Assembly: GCA_050633305.1 (NCBI GenBank)
Contig: JBOEGF010000038.1
Coordinates: forward strand, 97,972 to 161,971
DNA: 64,000 nt
Reading direction: 5' to 3'
Source: Nannocystales bacterium
Lineage (GTDB): Bacteria > Myxococcota_A > Polyangia > Nannocystales > Nannocystaceae
The position numbers were made by a program, and so were the translations under genes. Shown here piece by piece: positions 10,304 to 19,777 of this stretch. A model generated the notes under the pieces. The model did no database searches and was not told the origin of the DNA. It saw only the letters and a list, made by a program, of their open reading frames with translations. How positions within the stretch are numbered: the first letter of the stretch is position 1; each line of letters begins with the position of its first letter.

Positions 10304-11003
10304 TCAGACGCCGTCGGGGAGGGCTCGCGAGATCCACTCTAATTCCCTCGCCCAAGCACGACCTCCCAGGCGGGAATCCTGCATGGATTCTCGGAGCCCG
10401 CAGAGGATCTCGCCTTGGTACTCGTAGAGCCCTTCCGGGAACAGAACATGAGGGGCTTCGCAAGTCCGACCTCCCAACATGGTCAACGTGGCAACATCGA
10501 AGATGCTCTCCTCGGAGTGGTCAAGCGACCTCACCCACGGCCGGAGAGCTGCGAGTCTCGGTTCGAGATGTGTGCGATTCGGACAACAGAGAAGAAGGTT
10601 CGCGGCCAACTCGAACTGAACCTGCGCTCCCGCGACGGCGGCATCCGATTCCGGGATGTCGCGCTCGAGTTCGAGAACCTCGACGAGTGAGAGGAACGCC
10701 CCAGCTGGCCTTCCGGTTCGAAACAACGCAACCGCCGGGGTCATCGACGTCAGAAGACCCCAAGTCGGCTCCGTCCGGACGCGGTGTGTCTCCGCTCATC
10801 AACCGCGCCGCCAGAGCAGCCGCCTCGTCAGCCGAAGTTTGAAGGCTCTCGGTGAGCACGGATTCGACTCCGTAGTCACGGGACCACATCGTCTCCGCCT
10901 GCAGACCGAGCGCATGCAGAAGTGACCACTGGGCGCGCAGCATGCACTGCGAGTCGGTATTCGCGTCCGGAAGCTCGGGTCTCATCTCAAGGCTGTCTCC
11001 CAT
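10304..11003 (-). pseudogene. Hypothetical protein split over two overlapping frames
   Basis: The ORF starting at 11003 is coding-like to about 10770, then continues in the 10744-10304 frame (PTWGLLTSMTPAVALF...). Confidence 0.35.
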
Positions 11004-11277
11004 GGAATTGCTCGGACGCTCCGCGGCGCTCCCCCGCCCAACGTCTCTACCGCCCAGAACTCACCCGTCAAGACAGAGCAGCGGAGCCAGCATCCGACCC
11101 CGTTCTCCTGGCCGCGAGCGGCTGCACCGTGCTGCTCTACCACGCGGTCGAGGGCAAGGTCATGGCCGCCGACGGAGTCCGTCGAGATCAACCTGAGCGG
11201 TCGTCTCGTTGTTGAGAAACCTGTGGGTGACCGTTGGCCCCCAGCGGTTAGATCCGGACGCTGGCCCCCGTCCGCAA

Positions 11278-11343
11278 GCAGCCAAGCTCGATGCACTCCG
11301 AGACGCGGGTGTGCACATCGCCGAGACGCCGTCCGACCTGGGC
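11278..11343 (+). pseudogene. sucD: Isolated fragment resembling the C-terminus of succinyl-CoA ligase alpha subunit
   Basis: Translates AAKLDALRDAGVHIAETPSDLG; no upstream sucD sequence recognised. Confidence 0.55.
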
Positions 11344-11378
11344 GGGACCCTTTCTTGTTGGTTGGGCCCCGCTTCCCG

Positions 11379-12620
11379 TCACAGACGCGGACCCGCGATC
11401 CCGACGACCCGCCCGGTACCCGACGTGTCGTTCAGCGCGACCGCCATGTCTTCGTTGGGCAACATGACAAACGATACGCCGCTCGCCTGCATGCCCGTGT
11501 CGGGAAACACCATCGACCAGCCCGGAGCACCCTCGGAATCGAACGCGGACAGCTGCGTGCCTCCGCTGTGGTTGTGCAATACGATGAGCTCGCCGCTGGG
11601 GTGAACCAAGATGTCCGCGGCACTGCCAGCTGGAGTTATATCGGTGATCCACGCAAACTCTGTCTGCGGCGGATTCACCACCCCCACCCAGTGCGTCGGA
11701 CTGAATATACCGATGGCCGCCAGTCGCCCGTCCGGCATCCGGGCGACCTCGCGGAACTCGTCCACCATGGCGCCGTAGGACTCGGTCATAGAGAATAGCG
11801 TTTCCCCTTTACTCCCCAGCACCGCCAAGTACAGACCGTGTTGGGCGGCGTTTCCGGCGACGGCGACTCCTCCGTCCCCCGCAAGGGCGATCGCATTTAC
11901 ATCGGCGACCGACTCGTCCCCCTCCACCGTTCGACTCCAGATTTCAGCCCCATTTGCGCCGTAGCGCGTGATCAGCCGGAACCGTCCGAGGTTCCCGCTC
12001 GCGCTGGAGATGACGACCTCGTCGTCGGGGCTCATCGAGACAGCGGCGCGCGAAGAGTTGAAGCCGTCGTAGCCCAGGTTGCCGTGCCCCCACAGACCGA
12101 CCCCTGCGGTGTCGAAGACGCGCAGCGACGCCACCTCGGGGGAGAGGACGTCCGCCACGGTGATTGCGGCGAATCCCCCGGCTCCGGAGGCGACGCGTAC
12201 GCACACCTCACCCTCCGTATCCAGCGATTCACCGTCCACGGCCGCGACGTCCAGAAGCGTCATTCCGTCTCGGCCACACACCACCACACGCTCACCGATC
12301 GCTGCGAGGTCTTGAACACGCTGCTCTGTATCCCACGTCCAGATGACCGCCCCGGAAACGCGGCAGCGGTCGTCGCAGTCTTCCCCCCCGTCGCACATCT
12401 CCGTGCCCTCCACGACACCGTTGCCGCACTCCCCGGGGAGCGCAGGGTTCCCGGTGCTGGTCTCGTCGAGGCCCGCGACCTCCTCCACTGTGCTTTCGGA
12501 AGAAGAGACGCCCTGGGCCGACCCGCTGCTGTCCCCAGCCGAGGGGGCACGCTCCTCGCCGCACCCGGGGGCGGAGAACAACAGCAAGGAAGCAAGGGTC
12601 GGGACAGTACGCATTCGCAC
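11379..12620 (-). CDS. Lipoprotein with myxobacterial Cys-rich repeat and beta-propeller
   Basis: Lipobox SAPGC, Ser/Thr linker, CGNGVVEGTEMCDGG, propeller-like W-containing repeats. Confidence 0.8.
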   Translation of the reverse strand: MRMRTVPTLASLLLFSAPGCGEERAPSAGDSSGSAQGVSSSESTVEEVAGLDETSTGNPALPGECGNGVVEGTEMCDGGEDCDDRCRVSGAVIWTWDTEQRVQDLAAIGERVVVCGRDGMTLLDVAAVDGESLDTEGEVCVRVASGAGGFAAITVADVLSPEVASLRVFDTAGVGLWGHGNLGYDGFNSSRAAVSMSPDDEVVISSASGNLGRFRLITRYGANGAEIWSRTVEGDESVADVNAIALAGDGGVAVAGNAAQHGLYLAVLGSKGETLFSMTESYGAMVDEFREVARMPDGRLAAIGIFSPTHWVGVVNPPQTEFAWITDITPAGSAADILVHPSGELIVLHNHSGGTQLSAFDSEGAPGWSMVFPDTGMQASGVSFVMLPNEDMAVALNDTSGTGRVVGIAGPRL

Positions 12621-12743
12621 CCAGCGTTTGACGCAGCGCAGTGACGAACGATCACCTTAAAGTGCCGAAATCCTCGCCCCGACACACAGCCGCAACCCAA
12701 GCGCTCGCCCTCTTCATCCCCCACGGCACCCGGACGCGGGTCG

Positions 12744-14192
12744 CTATCCATCGGAGTAGAGTACGAGCACGCGGCCTTCGGCCCCACCACGGGCCCCGAC
12801 TACGATATCTTCGATACCATCGTCGTTGAGATCGGCGACGGCGATATCACGACCATACTCCCCCTCGATCGAAAAGGACTGCTCTTCCTCGAAGGCGTCG
12901 TCTCCGAGGCTCATCAGGACGCCTACCGACCCGAAATAGGGAAGCGCGGAGTTCCCACCGGTCACGACAATGTCGTCGCAACGGTCGTCATCGAGGTCGA
13001 CGCCCGCCATCGACACGACCGGGCTGAGAACGGTGAGTTGCTGTAGGGGCGCGAACCCGCGTTGACCGTCACCGGCGTAGACTTCGACGACGGCATCCGT
13101 GCTGATGGCAACGTCGAGCAACAAGTCTCCGTTGAAGTCGCCTATTGCGGTGGCTCGGCTGGGAAGCGCGCCCAACGCGGTGGGCCCATCGAGGCCGCCA
13201 TTGCCCGTTCCCCACCAAACGAAGCCGCCATCGAGCGTTGGCACGAGCACATCGACGAATCCGTCGGTGTCGAGGTCGGCGGTGGATATCTCGAATGCCC
13301 AGGGCGACTCGTACCGAATCGGGGTATCGAATGCCTCGGCGGCGTTCCCGAGATGCACTTCGATGCTGGTGCTTGCGCTCGTGATCGCGTCTAGGCGATT
13401 GTCCCCGTTGAGGTCCGCGAGGGCAATGTCCTGGCCGGAGGGGGTCATCGTGAAGTCCGACGCAGGGCCAAAGCTCCCGTTTCCTAGACCCCGCCAGCGC
13501 CGCACCACGCTGGCGGTCGTGGCGGAGTTCGGTCGCGTAAACGACACGAGATCAGGCTGCGCGTCCGCGATCGGGCCGATAGCGAGCGAAGGCGAGTACG
13601 AGTCCATGCTGGTGACCGTCCCAAAATCGCCGCCGATCTGTCCCAGAAGCGTTCGAATGACCTGGGAGCTGAGGTCCGACACGACGAGGTCTGGCTGGTC
13701 GTCGCCGTTGAGGTCGCCAAGCGCAATACTGTCGACGGTTCCCCAGGCGCCGACCTGATCGAACCCGTTGTAGGGGACCGCATTCGTCGGGAACCGACCG
13801 GTCCCGCACTCGGGAAGCTGGATCCCGGTCGAGCTCGATGATTCGCCTACGCCTGAAGTCCGCTCGCTGGTCGTCGTGCTTCCGGTGGACGGCTCCGGAC
13901 CCGATGTCGCCGCGTCGGAGGTGGATGAGTTCGGCGCCGTCGTCGTTCCCTCATCCCCCCCGGCCGATGAATCGACTCGCGAGGTCGAAACCTCAGCGTC
14001 GGTCTCGCTGGTCGGTCCCACTTGTATGTTCGAGGTGGGAGAGAAGCAGCCGGGCAGCAGGGATGTGACGAGGAGAGTAGAGGTGACAGCCCGACGAGGT
14101 CGTCGTGTGGACGACTCGTGGAGGCAAGGGGGAAATATGACGTGGGCGCGTCGATCGCGTGGCACGTGGGCGCGTGTTGCATGCGGTTGCAT
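12744..14192 (-). CDS. FG-GAP/VCBS repeat lipoprotein
   Basis: LLPGC lipobox, Ser/Thr linker, repeated (G/A)DLNGD..D(L/I)(V/A) motifs; start uncertain. Confidence 0.85.
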   Translation of the reverse strand: MQPHATRAHVPRDRRAHVIFPPCLHESSTRRPRRAVTSTLLVTSLLPGCFSPTSNIQVGPTSETDAEVSTSRVDSSAGGDEGTTTAPNSSTSDAATSGPEPSTGSTTTSERTSGVGESSSSTGIQLPECGTGRFPTNAVPYNGFDQVGAWGTVDSIALGDLNGDDQPDLVVSDLSSQVIRTLLGQIGGDFGTVTSMDSYSPSLAIGPIADAQPDLVSFTRPNSATTASVVRRWRGLGNGSFGPASDFTMTPSGQDIALADLNGDNRLDAITSASTSIEVHLGNAAEAFDTPIRYESPWAFEISTADLDTDGFVDVLVPTLDGGFVWWGTGNGGLDGPTALGALPSRATAIGDFNGDLLLDVAISTDAVVEVYAGDGQRGFAPLQQLTVLSPVVSMAGVDLDDDRCDDIVVTGGNSALPYFGSVGVLMSLGDDAFEEEQSFSIEGEYGRDIAVADLNDDGIEDIVVGARGGAEGRVLVLYSDG

Positions 14193-14536
14193 GGTGAGTC
14201 TCGCTAGGGCAGAGGCCGCCTCGCCGAGGATGTGACAGGGGGTGAGGAAAAACTCCGAGGGTTTGGAGTCGCGACATGCGGTGTCGACGCGCGTTCTACG
14301 CCGAGATCCGAAACCGGCTGCCTGGCTCAGAGTGTGCCCACCTTCGGCCGGCGGAGCGGTGCACGCAGGCAAGCCTCACGGACAGGTCGACGAAACGCGG
14401 CCGCCACCGGCGCGTTCGGTGTGCCCGACAAACCGCTGACGGCCGGCAGCCTAGGCGACGACGTATTGCCCGACCCTCGCCGTCTCGAAATCATGAGGAC
14501 CCGAAGTGTCCCGTAGTTCGCCCCGGGGCTCGAGGC

Positions 14537-15739
14537 TCACTCGTCTTGCTCGTCCGCGGCGGCGTGGGCAACCGACGCTTCGTCCGTCGGCACGTAGTAC
14601 CCGGTGACACGGAGAGCCGCGTTCCCCATTCTCGGAATGTCGAAGACGAGCGTCTCGGCTTCGCCCTGTCTCAAGATGAGCGGGTTGCCGGCATCGCCAC
14701 ACCCCGGCGAAGGGCGCGCACTCGAAACGGCACATCGGAGGGGTTGGAGTTCTTCGTTGTCGACACGCACAACGATCCTAGAGACTCGCGTGACCTCCGG
14801 CTTTCGTTCTTGCAGTTCAACCTCCAATCTCCCAGGCTCCACAATCCCGAGGTCGGTCGGCTGGGTCGCCGCCAGGCTCGCGTCACGCAAGTTGGTGAGA
14901 GTCTCTCCCAGCTCCTCTCCGTCGACCCGGACGAAAGGGCATGCTGCGAACCCGCAACGGGTGTGAGAATCGAGAGTTCGCTTCATGCGGACCTTGGCGA
15001 TTTCCTCGACCTCCGGTATCCAGCGATAGGATTCGACCGCTCTCGACTCGACCCCGTTTCGGGCCTCAGGGGGGTCTGCATCGCGCATGCACTCCGTCCA
15101 CACCACCTGGAACCGCCCCTTGCCTGTGAATGAGGGCCGAGCCCCGTGGGGAGTCATCAGAGACTCCTGCCCTTCGAGGATATTGGACAGCACTCCGTCG
15201 CGGATCGAGAATATCTGATGCTCGCGAGGCGGGTCTTCGGCCCCACCGTAGGGAAGCGTCACCAGGAGAGCGTGTTGCTTTGCGTCGAGATCGATCTCGA
15301 CGATTTCGTAGTCCTCTTCCGGCCCAGAAAGATCGACGGGAGGCAACTTGACGAGTTGCTGCTCATAACGGAGGTATCCGTGCTCGGTGAGGTTCACCTC
15401 CTCCAAGACCCCATCACCGTCGAGGTCTGAGTGAAGCGAGCGCACCGAGGCCCCAGGCCCCGTAGGCGACTCGGAAGCGTCAAGAGAGCCAGGATCAGAA
15501 TCCGGGGCTGTCGGCTGGGGACATTGGGTCTCGGGTTTCGAACCCTCGATTCGAGGGCAGACAGGACAAGGTGTACCGGATGCCACGATGTGCTCGGACA
15601 TACCCCCATTGCACGCCGCTCCCGACATCAAAGCAAGCAAGCCGCTCCTTGCTCCGAGCCTCGCTGGCCACGGACTCAGCGTCCTTCTCAGGACCATCCG
15701 CAGAAGCAATAACGATGTCGATAGCGTGCTCAGGTTCAT
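14537..15739 (-). CDS. Hypothetical lipoprotein
   Basis: 400-aa ORF, LMSGAAC lipobox-like, DLDGDG motif, CGFAACPF; start uncertain. Confidence 0.65.
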   Translation of the reverse strand: MNLSTLSTSLLLLRMVLRRTLSPWPARLGARSGLLALMSGAACNGGMSEHIVASGTPCPVCPRIEGSKPETQCPQPTAPDSDPGSLDASESPTGPGASVRSLHSDLDGDGVLEEVNLTEHGYLRYEQQLVKLPPVDLSGPEEDYEIVEIDLDAKQHALLVTLPYGGAEDPPREHQIFSIRDGVLSNILEGQESLMTPHGARPSFTGKGRFQVVWTECMRDADPPEARNGVESRAVESYRWIPEVEEIAKVRMKRTLDSHTRCGFAACPFVRVDGEELGETLTNLRDASLAATQPTDLGIVEPGRLEVELQERKPEVTRVSRIVVRVDNEELQPLRCAVSSARPSPGCGDAGNPLILRQGEAETLVFDIPRMGNAALRVTGYYVPTDEASVAHAAADEQDE

Positions 15740-16095
15740 CTCGATACTGCGCTCCTCACCACAAACGCTTCGAATGCACGACCGCTTTCATCGTCACGGG
15801 CGAGTTAGACTCGCAAAAATGCGACTTCTGCAAGATCCTTCAGTGCTTACGCGAACGAACGCGTTTCGCGTCCGAACCCTGCGAGAACGACGACCCTCCG
15901 GGCCCTGCCGCAGATCTTCTGCGGAACAAACCGCTCCGCCTGGACGTCAAGGACCGCATGCCTGGGAATCGGTTTATCGCCCACGTCCTCGTGCTGTCCG
16001 CCTCCATGCATGCGTGGGTCCCCTGGGGACAGGTGCCAACGCCTCGGACTTCCGATGGCAACGCGGGCAGTCGCCGCGACTTGGCTTGAACACTT

Positions 16096-16896
16096 TCAGG
16101 GGCCGTGTTCCGCCTCAAGGGTCTTGAGCATCGAGAACAGGAGCTCGTGCAGTCCCGCGCTGATCCCGTTCGCGAAAGGCGTTGCTCGGACCAGCGTCAG
16201 GCGGGCTTGCCATGGGTCGCCACGGTCGTTGAGGACGGGGAGCGCTGGGCCGCGCCGCGCTGCGGGCATGACTTCGCGAAAACTCGCGCATTGGCGACAC
16301 ACACCGTCCTTGTTGATCAGCGAACACAATCCATCGAACGTCGCTTCCATCGCGCGACGGCCTTTGCTCAGCTCCCCGCGAAACACCGACTCGCTGAGGC
16401 TGAGTATGTTGGCGGCCTCTTTGTTGGTGAGGCCGACGACCTCGCGCAATACGATGGCCGCTGCCCGGGTGGGTACCAAGGAACGGCCAACACAGGAGAA
16501 GCAGAACGAGACGTGCTCGCGAACGTCAAACGCGAACCCAGGATCCCGGGTCGCGTCCACGACCTGTTGGCGCCGCTCGTCGTCGGCTTCGCATTCCTCT
16601 TCGAGGTAGCGTTGACTGTAGGGCCGCCAGCGTTCCTGTTTGCGGAGGTGGTCGAGGCAGGTGCGGGTTGCGATCGTCAACAACCAGCCGCGAAAAGCAC
16701 CCTCGTCGCGGAGTGTCGCGAAGCGTTCGAAGGCCTTCAACGTTGTCGCCTGGACGAGGTCCTCGGCGTCGGCCGCATGCCCGATGAGCCGTCGGACGTA
16801 CGCTCGAAGCAACTCGTCGTGGGGCCGCAACAGTACGTCGAAGCGCTCGCGAGCCTCGCGGGGAGGGCGGATGGGCTGTTCGTTGTGCTGCGACAT
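16096..16896 (-). CDS. ECF sigma factor with Cys-containing insert and C-terminal extension
   Basis: DAEDLVQAT, FRGWLLTIA, region 4 HTH; CFSC and CSLINKDGVCRQC. Confidence 0.9.
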   Translation of the reverse strand: MSQHNEQPIRPPREARERFDVLLRPHDELLRAYVRRLIGHAADAEDLVQATTLKAFERFATLRDEGAFRGWLLTIATRTCLDHLRKQERWRPYSQRYLEEECEADDERRQQVVDATRDPGFAFDVREHVSFCFSCVGRSLVPTRAAAIVLREVVGLTNKEAANILSLSESVFRGELSKGRRAMEATFDGLCSLINKDGVCRQCASFREVMPAARRGPALPVLNDRGDPWQARLTLVRATPFANGISAGLHELLFSMLKTLEAEHGP

Positions 16897-16964
16897 CGAT
16901 CTTTGTAGAAGTCGTTTTAACTCATGTGCTTAGCGGATCTCTGGCGCTCGCGCGTCTTAGGGAC

Positions 16965-17408
16965 ATGAACAACCAAACGTTTTCCATCAAGCATCGGATC
17001 GAGCTCGACGTCAAGCCCGCCAGCGTCTACGACGCGGTCTCGACCCAAGCCGGCCTCGCGTCGTGGTGGACCACGATGGTCGAGACCAGTGGCGAGCTCG
17101 GCTCGCTGGCGGCGTTCCGATTCGGGGACGGGGAGCACGGCGCGGACATGCGGATCGATACCCTGACCGAAGGCATGCTCGTCCGGTGGCACTGCGTCGA
17201 CGGGCCCTGGAAGGGCCTCGACTTCACGTTCGACATCCAGCCACACGAGCGAGGCTCCGTACTACGGTTTGAGAACTCGGGGTGGCCCGAGACCGGAGAC
17301 TTCTACATGCACTGCAACGCCAAGTGGGGCTTCTTCCTGGCCGTGAGCTTGAAGCAACTTCTCGAGACCGGGGCCGGCGTGCCTCACCCCGACGACCCCC
17401 GGATCTAG
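16965..17408 (+). CDS. SRPBCC/AHA1-like domain protein
   Basis: VYDAVSTQAGLASWWT...VRWHCVDGPW...CNAKWGFFL..SLKQLLETG. Confidence 0.88.
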   Translation: MNNQTFSIKHRIELDVKPASVYDAVSTQAGLASWWTTMVETSGELGSLAAFRFGDGEHGADMRIDTLTEGMLVRWHCVDGPWKGLDFTFDIQPHERGSVLRFENSGWPETGDFYMHCNAKWGFFLAVSLKQLLETGAGVPHPDDPRI

Positions 17409-17701
17409 TGGGCACTGTCCCTCGAACCGCCGGGCCGTCGATGCCGAGGTCCGGTGCCGTGGGCATCGCGGAGGCGGGCCCGCACTGAACATGCTGGCTA
17501 TGCTGCGACGCCGAGAACCGGTCCTCTACTGCGATTCACCGAACAATGTATCGCCATCGAGTGGGTCTAAGGCGGCCGAACAAGATGACTGGGTCTCTCC
17601 AACGAATCACCGCCGAGCGAAGCAATCCGCAGGATTCGTCCCTGGATATGTAACGTCTTCGTCTGATCTGCGTAGGCGGGGGCCAGAGGATTCAGATTAC
17701 C

Positions 17702-18310
17702 GTGAAAACCGATTTGCGTTCCATTCTCGAAGCAGCCGCACTCGCGGCCGCAACCCTCGTGTTCCCGGCCTGCGATAGTGAGGCCGGCGACGACACTCCG
17801 TCTGGTACCGCGGGCACAGAAGCCGGCTGCCCGGCTGCGACCGGTACTGACGCGGGCTGCCCCGGTTCGAGCTCGGGTTGCCCCGGCACGACGGCCGGTT
17901 GCCCTGCTGCCGAGCGCCCCGACGAAGTCGAAGACGTGCTCGCGGCGATCGAAGACGACAGCTACACCGGCTGGGAAGCCGAGTCCGCGGCACACCCACC
18001 GGTCGGAACCTCGCCCCACCCCGGAGAAGTCCGAACGTTTTTTAATCCGGAGCTGGCCGAGTCCATGGGCGCCGGTAACACCGAACACCCGCTGGGCTCA
18101 GCAGCGATCAAGGAGTCGTGGATGGACGGTGAGCTCGCCGGGTGGTTCATCGAGGTCAAGGTGGCTGAAGGCACTGGCCCCGAGACCTGGTACTGGTGGT
18201 CCGACCTTGCGGGCGTCGACGCGCTCGGCGGCGATGCCTCGGTGATGGGGTGTGTCGGTTGCCATGCCGCGGGTACCGACTACGTCACGACGGCGTACCC
18301 GCTCGAGTAG
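17702..18310 (+). CDS. Cytochrome P460-like c-type cytochrome lipoprotein
   Basis: Lipobox VFPAC; VRTFFN...GSAAIKE...WYWW...CVGCH near C-terminus; four GCP repeats in the linker. Confidence 0.75.
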   Translation: MKTDLRSILEAAALAAATLVFPACDSEAGDDTPSGTAGTEAGCPAATGTDAGCPGSSSGCPGTTAGCPAAERPDEVEDVLAAIEDDSYTGWEAESAAHPPVGTSPHPGEVRTFFNPELAESMGAGNTEHPLGSAAIKESWMDGELAGWFIEVKVAEGTGPETWYWWSDLAGVDALGGDASVMGCVGCHAAGTDYVTTAYPLE

Positions 18311-18438
18311 GCGTCGCGACCCGAGCGCCTGGGCCACGCTGGGCCAGGAATCTGTCGTGCGAAGCAAGAGGGAACTCGCGCTGCGGCGGACAGCCCCAAC
18401 GGGGCTGCCGCAGTTCGCCCCCGAGTCGCGCATTTCGG

Positions 18439-18909
18439 TCATGTGCGATCCTGCGGGTCACGTTCAGGCCGTACGTCCACCGATGAGCCTGCCGTTCGTT
18501 GGCCTCGTCGAGATGGCTCGAACCGCGCGTTTGCATCGAAGAGGTGCGGCATCGTCTTGCGTAGGTCACCCAGCCTCTCGTCGAAGGTCATCGTGTAGCG
18601 CCCGGGGATGGGCCCCGTGTCCAGGAGCGGCGCGCAAGGGATCATGACGTGGTAGCCGGAGCCATCGCGCTCGAGAGGGCGCTGGTAGACGTAGAGGCGG
18701 TCTCGGTCAGCGTCTTGGATGAACAACACGGTCGCTGTGCACGCGTCGTAGTTCTCCAGCCACAACGTGCCAGCGCGTCGCAGTCGGGCTTGCCGTTCGC
18801 GTTCGTCGGCGAGGTCGCGAGGACACAGCAGTGGGGCTTGCCAGACGTGGTGGCGCGGTAGTGAAGATGGAAGCTCGGTCACGGGGCGCATGTAGAAAAT
18901 CTCAGACAT
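18439..18909 (-). CDS. Hypothetical protein, possible MNIO partner (weakly MbnC-like)
   Basis: Overlaps the end of the MbnB-like gene; AGTLWLENYDACTATVL recalls a segment of MbnC as remembered, not aligned. Confidence 0.6.
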   Translation of the reverse strand: MSEIFYMRPVTELPSSLPRHHVWQAPLLCPRDLADERERQARLRRAGTLWLENYDACTATVLFIQDADRDRLYVYQRPLERDGSGYHVMIPCAPLLDTGPIPGRYTMTFDERLGDLRKTMPHLFDANARFEPSRRGQRTAGSSVDVRPERDPQDRT

Positions 18910-19777
18910 CGCGGAGCTCCGGGGCGGGTCGAGTTTCGGCCGGTGGCCGTGTCAGGGCTTGGTTTAGGCGACGGAGGTCGTCGGCGACGTCGCTGGCAGT
19001 CTTCTCTTTCTCCCGTTCGAGGCAGATCGACCGCAGTTGGCCCTGTCGGCCAAGAAGCGCGACCAGGTCCAGGCTCGCTGGGCTCAGTGGATCTCCGTGT
19101 GAGTCCCGCAGTTTGCCGTCGTGAGGGTCGAGGCGGTAACCGCCTACGTGAGCGTGGACTGGCGCCTGGCTGAGCAGCGAACTCCAGGCGTGCACCGGGT
19201 CTCCCCCGTTGGTTTCGGCGACGATCGCATTGGAGACATCGAAGAGCAGCCCGGCTCCTGTTCGTCGGAGTACCTCACCGGCAAAGTCGGCCTGGCCCAC
19301 TCCCTGTGGGCCAGCAGAGGCGATGTTCTCCAGCAACAGGCGACGGCCGGTGGCCTCTTGGTATCGCTGGACTCGCCGGCACGTCTGTTCGAGGTCTGCC
19401 TCATAGTCGAGGTCCTCCGGCTGCGCCAGGTAGCGGTCGCCGGCCACGGTACGCAGCAGGTGGTCGGAGACGTAGACGGGATCCAAGGCACGAATGTGCG
19501 TGGACATGCAGTCGAGAATCCGGTCGAGGCGTTCGGCGGAGGTGTGGACGAATCCGGTCCACATGACGTGTAGTGCGACCCGTGGGGCGAGCGCCTCGAA
19601 GCTTCGAGCAATGACGTCGGGATCGAGGTGGAGGTAGTTGTCCCAGAGAATCTCGACGAACGTCAGTGCGTCCTGACGGCCGGCCATGGCCACCGCATCG
19701 GCGTACAGGCTGAAGTCGGTGAGGTTATTGACGCTCAGGGTTGCTTCGGTCGGCGAGGATGCGCTGAACTCGTTCAT
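18902..19777 (-). CDS. DUF692/MNIO multinuclear non-heme iron oxidase, MbnB-like
   Basis: EILWDNYLHL, ALHVM, YVSDHL, LLLEN, TGAGLLFDVSNA, HAHVGGY, DSH and LER: full iron-ligand set and MbnB-type wording. Confidence 0.9.
   Translation of the reverse strand: MNEFSASSPTEATLSVNNLTDFSLYADAVAMAGRQDALTFVEILWDNYLHLDPDVIARSFEALAPRVALHVMWTGFVHTSAERLDRILDCMSTHIRALDPVYVSDHLLRTVAGDRYLAQPEDLDYEADLEQTCRRVQRYQEATGRRLLLENIASAGPQGVGQADFAGEVLRRTGAGLLFDVSNAIVAETNGGDPVHAWSSLLSQAPVHAHVGGYRLDPHDGKLRDSHGDPLSPASLDLVALLGRQGQLRSICLEREKEKTASDVADDLRRLNQALTRPPAETRPAPELRDV

Noticed and set aside
10125..10427. Small plus-strand membrane ORF
   Set aside because: TTG start, overlaps an opposite-strand ORF and has only one hydrophobic stretch as support
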